Below are positions 28,137-37,240 of a stretch of 64,000 nucleotides of DNA, in pieces. Source of the stretch: Barthelona sp. PCE. Its lineage: Eukaryota. How positions within the stretch are numbered: position 1 is the first letter of the stretch; the number at the start of each line of letters is the position of its first letter. The translations under genes were made by a program, and so were the position numbers. The stretch is from the NCBI GenBank assembly GCA_040285745.1, contig JAUFOR010000005.1, positions 682,001-746,000 on the forward strand, given 5' to 3'. The notes beneath the pieces were generated by a model. It was not told the DNA's origin. It worked only from the letters and a program-made list of their open reading frames with translations, and made no database searches.

Positions 28137-28673
28137 ACGTTCGGTCTTCATATCTACAAGAGGTCCCTGAAGAGCTGTGAAATCTGGTGAAATCGATAAT
28201 TTGCATTTGTTACACTGTTCTTTAAGCTCAAGATCCGCTTGAAATGCTAAATGACGGATTCCTATTGCGGTACAGCTGCGAATATTCCGTCTTAACCCAG
28301 CTTCAAATGCCATATTTGGAAGAAAAGTAAAAGGAGTATCGTTACTTGTGCAAATCAAAGCAAATACATCCATCAATCCTGGTGGAGACACGTCCTTTGC
28401 AATGAACACGTATGCAACTTTCCCTTGTTCAACAGCCCTTTGAACAGCCCGCAAACCGAAAAAAAATACCCCTTCTTGATTTAAACGATCAAGCAGTAGT
28501 TCTCGTAGATTTTCCAGCTCTTTTGTCTCAACTTTATCCACTGGAAAAGATAAGTTTGCATTTAAATAAGGCTTGTAGATCAGTCTCTTGTTTTTTTCTC
28601 GTCTACGTTCCTTTCGTACGTTAGCAGCAACCTCACGAGGAATTTTTAGTGGCTTTTTTGGGTTTCTTCTCAT
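28131..28673 (-). CDS. L7Ae/L30e-family RNA-binding protein, RPP38/POP3-like
   Basis: FGLRAVQRAVEQG, VFIAKDVSPPGLM, CTAIGIR; basic N-terminus; stop codon region overlaps that of the convergent gene by 6 bp. Confidence 0.75.
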   Translation of the reverse strand: MRRNPKKPLKIPREVAANVRKERRREKNKRLIYKPYLNANLSFPVDKVETKELENLRELLLDRLNQEGVFFFGLRAVQRAVEQGKVAYVFIAKDVSPPGLMDVFALICTSNDTPFTFLPNMAFEAGLRRNIRSCTAIGIRHLAFQADLELKEQCNKCKLSISPDFTALQGPLVDMKTERS

Positions 28674-28959
28674 GAGTGACTGTGATATGAGAGTGAAACA
28701 AGATACAAATGAGCTAAAAGTACATGGTTCTCATTATGGTTAATCTGTGGCTAAATAAACTAATTAATATGTTTTTTGGAAATAATATTTTAATAAATGT
28801 ATTGTAAGTTTGAGACAATTTTCTTTAGTCGTGTATGATGCGAAATATATATTTTCATCCCTTAAAACATACTATAAAGATATAATACGTCACTATTAAG
28901 TACCACACAATGATATCATTCAAGTTTTGAAAAGACTTCAATTATTTTGATCAAACAAA

Positions 28960-29130
28960 TGATTTTCAGTCTCATCCATGTTAACGGGTAAGGGAGAGTA
29001 AACAGATTCTTTACAGAGATCTAAGTTCGGATATGTTGCCGCACGGGGCTACCTTCTTCAAGTCCATACATCTGAAAGTTTATAGTATTTCAATATTGAG
29101 AGTACAAAAAATAAATAGGAAACCATAAAA
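28960..29130 (-). repeat. Copy 1 (frameshifted) of a ~170-bp triplicated micro-ORF element
   Basis: Shares tctcatccatgttaacgggtaa, cagattctttacagagatctaagttcggatat, agtccatacatctgaaa and aaataaataggaaacc with 31890-32085; 1-bp deletion relative to copy 2. Confidence 0.85.
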
Positions 29131-29449
29131 GAATAAAATTTGGGTTGTAGTTCATCTGCAAAACACTCAAATATATTATCTGCAATCGTACCACAACGCA
29201 GCAAAAAAGTGCCCCACAATCAAAACAATGCCCACACGCGTCCAAAATCTTACGTGTCACGGGTTACAAGCCCTGCGAACCACATCAATAAATCTGTGAT
29301 GGGATAGAAATGCGAATGCAGTTCTGTTTCACATTCTCGCTTTCTGTTTACGCATCACGTGTATTATATCATCTATATATGCCACGTACAAGCACTAATA
29401 TTTAATATATACATGCTATCTCAATATTCACCTACTTCATTACAGCTAT

Positions 29450-31543
29450 ATGCCCAGGGTTCGTAAATTCGAGGAAGACCTTGTCATCAAGGCGTATCCT
29501 GAGGGGCAGATGATATTTGAGGGAGAGGGCGTAGTATTGCTTAAGTCAAGAGGAAACATCAGCCTCATTGAAAGCGCTATTGAAGGCAAGGGCTTTGTTG
29601 GGTATGTGGAGGATACGCGTAAGCCTCTTAAGTACACATCCAAATTAAAAGCTGGAGAATCTTACATGATAATTGATGAGCTTTTTGATGATAATGGTAT
29701 TGTAACCCATCTTGATATCTTATTATTTGATCATATCATGAGTGATGAACATACAAGAAGAAGAATACCCTTCCCATTGGAGTTGAACAAACTTAGGAGG
29801 CTATACAGGAAAATAATTCCGATGGATGAAAACCACCTACTATTCACCTTTATAAATGACAGTCAAGTGCTTCTGTGCTACATATTAAATGTGCTAACCG
29901 AGGAATATAGATATCTTGGAGCTTATGACTTAATTGAATCAAACATCAATTCAAACTACATTTTGTTAAGGAAATATCAAGATAATTCCATATGGCATTA
30001 CAATTTTTCTGTTGATGACATGGACGAGTCACATGAACCTGATATTGAGCAGTTACATGGAATCTATTCAGGATGCATCAGGTGGTGTTTAAACTCAGAT
30101 TGCACTTGTTTTGTTAGCTTTGGCATATATGAAGTAGTTAATGAACTAATAATATGTGACAGTCAAAGGAACCAAGTTAACTTGACAGGAAGGTTTCCGC
30201 AGCTTAAAGGATTGAATATTAGTAGAAACTCGAATTTTACATTATTTGAGCTCACTCAAGATGTTTTGTCAATGGCATTCATTGGATCAAGTTTCACGGT
30301 GGTGGTTCATATCGAAAACGGTGAATTGAAGATGTCAGAGGGTAAACTGAATCTTGATAATGTACTCTGCAATGACTTGAAGCATATAGACTTGAACGAT
30401 AATTCCTTTCGTGATGAAGATTGTGTTTTTTATGGTGTTGATAAAATAACAGGACGTTATGGCCCAATCAAATTCAGAGCATTTGATAATGAGGTGTTTC
30501 GTTTGAACAGTCTTCACCCAAAACGAATTTTTTTTGATGGAATAGCGGAAGTGTATGATGACTCTTTGATAAGATATTACTTTTTTTTCAAAGAAAGGAA
30601 GCTTATTGTGCTGCGTGGGTATAGGAGACCGTTAATTCGTCTGGGCCGCGAGATCCGACCAGTTCATCCAAATGAAGGAGATGATTTTATTGTATTAACA
30701 GAGGTAAATGGTTGTGCATATGGCAAATTATGCTGGACCGGCTCAAAATTTAAGCCAATCACAACCATTTTGCCTCATTGCGGTTCTATAAACTATGGTT
30801 TTATTCAAGGGTTGCCCTTAAATGTTGAATATAGTGAAGATGATACATGCTTGGTTTATTTAGGTAGTAAGGTGATTTTGGAGCTTCCACCGAATATTTA
30901 TGTTCGACGTGTTCATGGTTCACATTTTGATAATTCAGCATGCATTCTGTGTAGAGATACATTCCATTTTTTTCGGTTCAATGTCAACGGTTATGATGTG
31001 GAGGTTCAAAAGCACATTGTTTTTGAACCTGGATATGTGGAGGATGTTTACTTCAACCCTCGTCCATTGGCTGAAACACCTGATCATCAGCTGTTTGTTG
31101 TACATGAAGATGATGAAGGTTTTGAAACGCAACATTTACACTGTCTTGATTGGTCAACAGGAAGCTTCTTAGAGCCTGTTCACCTTTATCAGAATAATAA
31201 GAATGAAAAAATTGAGGAAGGTCACAGTTTCCGTAATTTCGTGGGAGATTCATACATACACGTGAGGGGTGGTATCATTAAAGTATACGTTGAAGATGGT
31301 GCAATTAAGACGCGTTTTTTCACAAACAACAGTTTACCATATGAATTGAACATAAGCCACGATCCAAATCTGCCTAACAACGTTATTCAAGACATGTCAT
31401 ACGAAGAGGAGACCAAGACAGTGGTGTTAAAAACATATAACGTTGAGGAAGATCCGGAATCGATCAATCCCACAGTGGAAACGTTCCACCTTCCATCGTT
31501 CCTGGCTGAGGCGTCCATCGTTGAGTATTACATGCCAGATTAA
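29450..31543 (+). CDS. Hypothetical protein (697 aa), beta-rich, probable lineage-specific family
   Basis: Long clean ORF; no recognised domain; MPR start and C-terminal FHLPSFLAEA resemble ORF 37241..39001. Confidence 0.8.
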   Translation: MPRVRKFEEDLVIKAYPEGQMIFEGEGVVLLKSRGNISLIESAIEGKGFVGYVEDTRKPLKYTSKLKAGESYMIIDELFDDNGIVTHLDILLFDHIMSDEHTRRRIPFPLELNKLRRLYRKIIPMDENHLLFTFINDSQVLLCYILNVLTEEYRYLGAYDLIESNINSNYILLRKYQDNSIWHYNFSVDDMDESHEPDIEQLHGIYSGCIRWCLNSDCTCFVSFGIYEVVNELIICDSQRNQVNLTGRFPQLKGLNISRNSNFTLFELTQDVLSMAFIGSSFTVVVHIENGELKMSEGKLNLDNVLCNDLKHIDLNDNSFRDEDCVFYGVDKITGRYGPIKFRAFDNEVFRLNSLHPKRIFFDGIAEVYDDSLIRYYFFFKERKLIVLRGYRRPLIRLGREIRPVHPNEGDDFIVLTEVNGCAYGKLCWTGSKFKPITTILPHCGSINYGFIQGLPLNVEYSEDDTCLVYLGSKVILELPPNIYVRRVHGSHFDNSACILCRDTFHFFRFNVNGYDVEVQKHIVFEPGYVEDVYFNPRPLAETPDHQLFVVHEDDEGFETQHLHCLDWSTGSFLEPVHLYQNNKNEKIEEGHSFRNFVGDSYIHVRGGIIKVYVEDGAIKTRFFTNNSLPYELNISHDPNLPNNVIQDMSYEEETKTVVLKTYNVEEDPESINPTVETFHLPSFLAEASIVEYYMPD

Positions 31544-31553
31544 CATGAACACA

Positions 31554-31595
31554 ACGAATAATTCCATGGTCAACAGATGCATGGAAATTATTCGT
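31554..31595. repeat. Inverted repeat/hairpin just after the stop codon of 29450..31543
   Basis: acgaataattccatg - 11-nt loop - catggaaattattcgt (15-bp stem, one bulge). Confidence 0.7.
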
Positions 31596-31857
31596 GAATT
31601 CCATTAGTTGAGAAGAAGTTCTTTTCTAAAGAATGTCAAATTTCATATTTACACGGTTGGAATGTAGGTGAAACTGTCCAACTCACTAACCTGATTTGGT
31701 TCATCACATTCATTTTGAGCTGAATGTTCCAAATCCACCTTCACAACAGAGGTATGTTTACTTTCGGTCCTTAATCAATAAATAAATGCTCAAAAATTTC
31801 CTTTATCAGAGCTCCAAAGCACAGGGCAGCAATCGTGATGTACAAATTTTCATAACC

Positions 31858-32022
31858 TCATTCAGGGATGGCGAACACGAATTTATATGCATGATTTTCT
31901 TCCAGAGTCTCATCCATGTTAACGGGTAATAAAGGAAAGTAATCAGATTCTTTACAGAGATCTAAGTTCGGATATGGTGCCGCATACGGGCTACCTTCTT
32001 CAGAGTTTGGAAGTCCATACAT
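31858..32022 (-). pseudogene. Copy 2: 54-aa micro-ORF or gene remnant (MYGLPNSEEGSPYAAPYPNLDLCKESDYFPLLPVNM...)
   Basis: ATG 32022 to TGA 31858; peptide similarity to copy 3 (APYPNLDLCK identical). Confidence 0.5.
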
Positions 32023-32159
32023 CTGAAAAATAGTAGTATTTCAATTACTAAATAATACAATAAAATAAATAGGAAACCTTAAAATGGTGAGAAATTGAAA
32101 TACACCCGCATACGTTCTATTCCATTCTCTGTTCAAAATCAATTACAGGATCGTCCTGA

Positions 32160-32400
32160 TCATGATTCACCATAGTTCCTTCCCTTATATGCAGCGGTAG
32201 TAAAGCCTGAAACTTTGATGATTTACAGAGATCTAAGTTTGGGTATGGTGCCACGAAGGGGTCACCGAGGTCGGTGTGCGGAAGTCCACAAATCCGACTC
32301 TCGATACTAATAAATAGGTATAAAATATACAAAAGAAAATAGGAAACCTTGATATAAGTGAACTAAGCAAATTCAACCCTGCTTCGTGTTCCATTCTCTA
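32160..32400 (-). repeat. Copy 3 of the element, tandem with copy 2 (~270-bp offset)
   Basis: tttacagagatctaagtttgggtatggtgcc, ggaagtcca, aaataggaaacctt, ttccattctct shared with copy 2; translates CGLPHTDLGDPFVAPYPNLDLCKSSKFQALLP. Confidence 0.75.
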
Positions 32401-32694
32401 ATTGTTCATCAATCTGGGATCTTGAGGATCGGTTGCAGGGCCATTATGAAAATGGACTCTTAATTTGTATCAGATTTTGAAGCAATAGATCGAAACCTCA
32501 TCAAATCTTCACTAAAAAAAATTGTTCAAGATCATTAACTTCGAATACTCATAGTTAAATGATAAAACATCAATGACATTTCGCACCTATCAGTCATGTG
32601 TTTCACTCGCGTTGCAATTCTTCTTTCAAAGATAATGCATAACATAGTTATTTTAATTCTTTTACTTTTTCCGGGAATTTATAATTAATCTGAC

Positions 32695-35600
32695 ATGGTT
32701 AGAGCATTTAAAACCGAAGACGGACATGCTTATGTGAAGTGGGTTGATGAAAAACAGATCGTAGATGTGGTATTATCTGATGAACCTTACACCGGTGTAT
32801 CTTGGACATCTAAGGATGAGCGAGTTTTGGCCACGGTGCACACTGGTCACATCAGCGTGTTCAGTATTCCGTCATTGGAGGAAATTTACGCCGTACCTAC
32901 CAATTCAAAGGTTATGTATGGTTGTTTGAGTTTTGACGGACAAGTTCTGGCATTCAGGGTCGGTGATGACTACCATGTACATTGCATAAGCTCGCAAAGT
33001 TTAATCTCGAATGTTACTTTTACAAAAGGAAGCAATTGCTGGGTCAATTCTGAGGCTATCTTTGTTCAAGAGAGTGTTAACCATGTGCACAAGTTTATTC
33101 ATGGTTCAAGCGAGGCAGCCATGAAGTTTGATGGTCTTTTTGCTGTTGAGCAGAGTGATGGAGAAATGTTTTTTTTGGAAAGTTATTTCACTGGAGAAGC
33201 AAAGAAATACAAGTTCAGATTCAGAGATTGTGGAAATAATGTTTTATTTGAGAGAAATCATAACAGACATGTAGTTCTAATTTCAGCAGACATTTCATCG
33301 AATTATCTGATGTTTAGTGAGTCAGGTAGGACAATGGTGTATAACCGATCAACATTAGCTACGGTGTGGGCAAAAAACATAAAAAAAATTGAAGCAGTGT
33401 ACATTTCACCAGATGAAGAGCACTTCACAGTTGTTAGAAGTTCTGGAATTGGGTATATTTATAATGTTCAAAACGAATTAGTTGCCTCCGTTCCATCGCA
33501 TTGCACAGGACCAACTGTTTCGTATGATATTGTTGAAGATTATTTAATTAAGGCTAACACTCCACTTGGCTCGTTCTTTTGTTGTGGATCATTCAGTATT
33601 TGTGAAGAAAACTACTTTGTCAAAAAGGTTAAAAATGGCTGTCTTTGTTTTTTTTCATCGAGAATTGCTTACATATCTGAGGTGAACTACATTACTAAGA
33701 AACATGACCCTCACAACGGAATTATTGTCAATGTCACAAAAGATGCTGACTCAGTGTTCCATGTTGAATTGGATGATGGCACGTTTATGCTTGTTGAGTG
33801 GACCAAAGATGATGGGTTTGGCCGTATTTTGAAGTGCAACAGTGATAGAAACAACTATGGTAACGCTATAGATATTGAGATTAGTGAATTGTACTCCAGA
33901 ATCATTGAACAGAAGTTGGAATCAAAGTTTGAAAGGCAGAAGTCAGAGATGGAAGTTAAGTTGCAGAAGCAGAAAAAGGATATGGACACGAAGTTCCAGG
34001 TAACTTTTGATATACTGAGTCAGCTGGTACCCAATTCGGGTAACAGTGAGTACAGTGCGCTGACGGAGCATGTTAACGACTGTGCTGCCGCCGTTCGTCA
34101 GCTTGAGATGCCACCCAACTCATTTTTTGATTTATTATCTTCTAACCCTAGTGTGAATACGTTGGAACAGCATATGAATGAACTAGAGCAGGCTATTAAC
34201 TTCATTAATTCACTGAAAAACATCATTTTAGATTTTGAGTTAGAAGATACCTTATCCATCACTTTCAGCTCCAAGTTTTCGGATTTGGTAGCACAGTTTC
34301 GCATTGCTAAGTTGCTGAACGAGTATTCCTACGCTGCTAAACTTACAGAACTGCAGAGTTTGGATGTTTACTTCAAGGTTTTCGATAAGTATGACAAGCT
34401 TCACTTGGCTGAGGTGCACTCAGCGCTCATACATTTCAGCGACAAGAGTAAGGCTTTGGATGACATCGTTGAACAGATCAAACACATCACACAGCGCGTT
34501 AAGGAGTTCAAGGAAGCACAAAACGCGCAGGATGAAGTAGATGTCACCATCGATTTCGATCAACTGTATTCGCTTCAAGACCAGCTGGATCGTCATCATT
34601 CGGATATCAACGGGTATACACGTGCTCATTTCGTGGATACCAAGGCTCATCTGCTTGATGTAATTGAGTCAAACGCTATACAATTGAAAGATACAATTTG
34701 TGAGTTTTCTCTCGCCGTCAACCTCAACAGCACACTGGTGGAGCTGCAACTGTCTTCAATCAGGTTTCCCTCTGTTCCAAAGATCATCAGTTACGATAAC
34801 TATCTAAACGGCGATCTGGAGGAAATTGGATTGCATAACGACACGTTGGTAAGGGATGATCTGTTCATCAAGTGTATATGTGTCTCCGAAAGGTTTAGGG
34901 GCGACAGAGACATGAATCTTAAAGCACTGCGAAGGGAGCTACGTGTTCTGACAAAGCTTCACCCATGTGTCGTATCACTCAAGAATGTCGTACTTGTGCC
35001 TGAAATGAAAAGGGGCTCCACAACTGTCAAATTCGTATGTTTAGAGCTTGAACGCGCACCCTACGATCTTGAGCAGTTTTTGAGCGCATTCCCCGATCTT
35101 GATATTTCGACGAGGAACAGTTTGGCTCACCAGCTAGTAATGTCTGTGTTCATGATGCACGCCAGCGGTATTATTTTGAGGGATCTCAAACCGCAGAACG
35201 TTCTTGTTTTCTGCAACGAGGATGGATCCAATCCCAAACTCAAATTGTGCGACTTTGGTGTCAGTGTCTCCATCAACCAAACTATGGGTGGCCAAACTAT
35301 GGTTGGAACATTTGGTTACATGGCCCCTGAAGTGTTTAATGGACAACCCCACACCTTCCTGAGTGAAATCTTCTCGCTTGGAAAAACTGTTGCATTTATT
35401 TTTGCGCAGGACAGAAGCAACATTGCCAATTTGGGTTTGCCGAATAACTGCACACACTCTGAAATTATCCAGCGCTGCCAAGCTCAGGATCCTCAGCTGA
35501 GACCGTCCATTTACGAGCTCAGCTGCTATGAGTGGCGCGCAAACGCACCGGTAGCGCAGGACCGCATCACACTCATCCGACGCCAGATCAACCAGTTCAT

Positions 35601-36873
35601 CTTTGCTAAGCAGGCGCTGCTGCGCGACAACGGGCGTGATGGATGCACAATGGAGTTCGAGCAAACCACTGAGTCCTTCGATGAACTATTCGTTAAGGTG
35701 TTCACCAATACCAGAACGTTCATGAGCGGCGCTGAGCATTTCGGCGCTTCGATTAAGATGCACGGAATGGAGCAGCTCTCGCTTGTTCAGTTCGTGGACT
35801 ACATTTTCGAGTATCGCTCCTTCATCCACTTCGATACCACGGCTTCTGAAGACCTCATCGAGGCCGTGTGCGGCTTCCTGTACTGCTGTTTCGTGTTCCA
35901 GACACCGGTTGACGACGTGCAGGTTGGCCAGTTCTTGCTGAATGCGCTCAGTGAAGATTATGACAAGCTTTCTGAGGCAATTGTCTTCGACAGGGTGTTC
36001 CAGACCGAGTCGGCGTACATCATCAACATGCTGAAGCACGACGGCCTGAACTTCAACTTCTTAGGCGGTGAGGACAGGTTGGTTACAGCTGACAATATTG
36101 ATGAATTCCTGCAGTTCGCCCGTGAATCCGCATCCGAACCATGGGTGGAGCTGTCGAAGAAAGTTAACGCAACATTTAACTCGCATGAGCTCACTGCGCA
36201 ATTAGGTGTCACACTGACTTTCGCTGAAGTCAAGGCGATGATGTGCGGCCCACCCCGGTTTTCCGCCGAGCAGGTGCTTTCCGCTTTCGACTACGAGCAG
36301 GAGGTGCCATCTGAAGTACGTAACGCCCTGTCTGAGGTGTTGCACAGTTTCAACTCGCTTGATTTGCTGCAGTTCGTGTACTGGCTCAACGGCTCGCCCG
36401 AACTGAACTTGTTCACTGTAATTCTGCAGCCAGTCGACACCATGCTGCCGTCTGTCGCCCTTTGCGACCACACGTTGAGGCTCCCGAACAGCGTTTTACG
36501 CGTGCGCGAAGGAATCCCTCTCGCCATCCGCGGCATCCTCCCAAACGAGTTCAAGCTCTTTATCACGCAGCGCCTCTCGCAATGGACGCAGGACGACGTA
36601 GACAAGCTCAACAACCGCTTGCATAACGCAACCTTGATTACTATTGAGTTTAACAACATTCCAGGTGTGCCGTCTGTGCGCGTATGTCCGAATTGCCTGA
36701 CACCCATAGAGCACGGTGGAGCGTGTAAGAACATGAAGTGCTTCACGTGCGCTCGCGATTTCTGCTTCTCGTGTCTCTCATCTAACTGCGGACACTACGG
36801 TCAGTGTAACGTTGCCCCGGTACAAAATGTCACCCTCGAGCAGGTGAAGGAACGCATGCAGCAGTTCCAATAG
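32695..36873 (+). CDS. Multidomain protein: beta-propeller-like N-terminus, coiled coil, Ser/Thr kinase, HECT-like domain, RBR RING2/IBR-like Zn finger
   Basis: Kinase LRDLKPQN, LCDFG, GTFGYMAPE; HECT-like VTADNIDEF, TFAEVKAMMCG, QFVYWLNGS, LPSVALCDHTLRLP; C-terminal CPNCLTPIEHGGACKNMKCFTCARDFCFSC. Confidence 0.85.
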   Translation: MVRAFKTEDGHAYVKWVDEKQIVDVVLSDEPYTGVSWTSKDERVLATVHTGHISVFSIPSLEEIYAVPTNSKVMYGCLSFDGQVLAFRVGDDYHVHCISSQSLISNVTFTKGSNCWVNSEAIFVQESVNHVHKFIHGSSEAAMKFDGLFAVEQSDGEMFFLESYFTGEAKKYKFRFRDCGNNVLFERNHNRHVVLISADISSNYLMFSESGRTMVYNRSTLATVWAKNIKKIEAVYISPDEEHFTVVRSSGIGYIYNVQNELVASVPSHCTGPTVSYDIVEDYLIKANTPLGSFFCCGSFSICEENYFVKKVKNGCLCFFSSRIAYISEVNYITKKHDPHNGIIVNVTKDADSVFHVELDDGTFMLVEWTKDDGFGRILKCNSDRNNYGNAIDIEISELYSRIIEQKLESKFERQKSEMEVKLQKQKKDMDTKFQVTFDILSQLVPNSGNSEYSALTEHVNDCAAAVRQLEMPPNSFFDLLSSNPSVNTLEQHMNELEQAINFINSLKNIILDFELEDTLSITFSSKFSDLVAQFRIAKLLNEYSYAAKLTELQSLDVYFKVFDKYDKLHLAEVHSALIHFSDKSKALDDIVEQIKHITQRVKEFKEAQNAQDEVDVTIDFDQLYSLQDQLDRHHSDINGYTRAHFVDTKAHLLDVIESNAIQLKDTICEFSLAVNLNSTLVELQLSSIRFPSVPKIISYDNYLNGDLEEIGLHNDTLVRDDLFIKCICVSERFRGDRDMNLKALRRELRVLTKLHPCVVSLKNVVLVPEMKRGSTTVKFVCLELERAPYDLEQFLSAFPDLDISTRNSLAHQLVMSVFMMHASGIILRDLKPQNVLVFCNEDGSNPKLKLCDFGVSVSINQTMGGQTMVGTFGYMAPEVFNGQPHTFLSEIFSLGKTVAFIFAQDRSNIANLGLPNNCTHSEIIQRCQAQDPQLRPSIYELSCYEWRANAPVAQDRITLIRRQINQFIFAKQALLRDNGRDGCTMEFEQTTESFDELFVKVFTNTRTFMSGAEHFGASIKMHGMEQLSLVQFVDYIFEYRSFIHFDTTASEDLIEAVCGFLYCCFVFQTPVDDVQVGQFLLNALSEDYDKLSEAIVFDRVFQTESAYIINMLKHDGLNFNFLGGEDRLVTADNIDEFLQFARESASEPWVELSKKVNATFNSHELTAQLGVTLTFAEVKAMMCGPPRFSAEQVLSAFDYEQEVPSEVRNALSEVLHSFNSLDLLQFVYWLNGSPELNLFTVILQPVDTMLPSVALCDHTLRLPNSVLRVREGIPLAIRGILPNEFKLFITQRLSQWTQDDVDKLNNRLHNATLITIEFNNIPGVPSVRVCPNCLTPIEHGGACKNMKCFTCARDFCFSCLSSNCGHYGQCNVAPVQNVTLEQVKERMQQFQ

Positions 36874-37240
36874 ACTGATGGTAGATTTTGTAGCTGTTAA
36901 ATTATGTGTAAATGTAAATATATTGTCCACATTGGGCGTGAAATAATGTGTAACATTAACATTATTACTAAAATTACAATCGAAGCATGTACTTCATTGG
37001 TAATACCCACGAGCATTTCTGAGAGAGTGTATGCCATCTGTCGATTTTGTTTTTATATTCGTTGTTAGATAGGGGTGATTAAAGTAATTCCATTTTTTTA
37101 AAAATCTATACCAAAATTTTTAAATCTTGTAAATTGAATGTTGGACATAGGTGTTTACTAATACATATGGTCTCTTGCGCACAACTAGATTTCCACTAAT
37201 TACGATAAAGGTCCAATCATGTAAGTTCGGATCCCTACTA

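Noticed and set aside
28960-32085. LTR retrotransposon or composite transposon bounded by direct repeats
   Set aside because: No RT, integrase or transposase motifs, no evident TG..CA ends or target-site duplication; the repeats show codon-sized indels typical of gene fragments.
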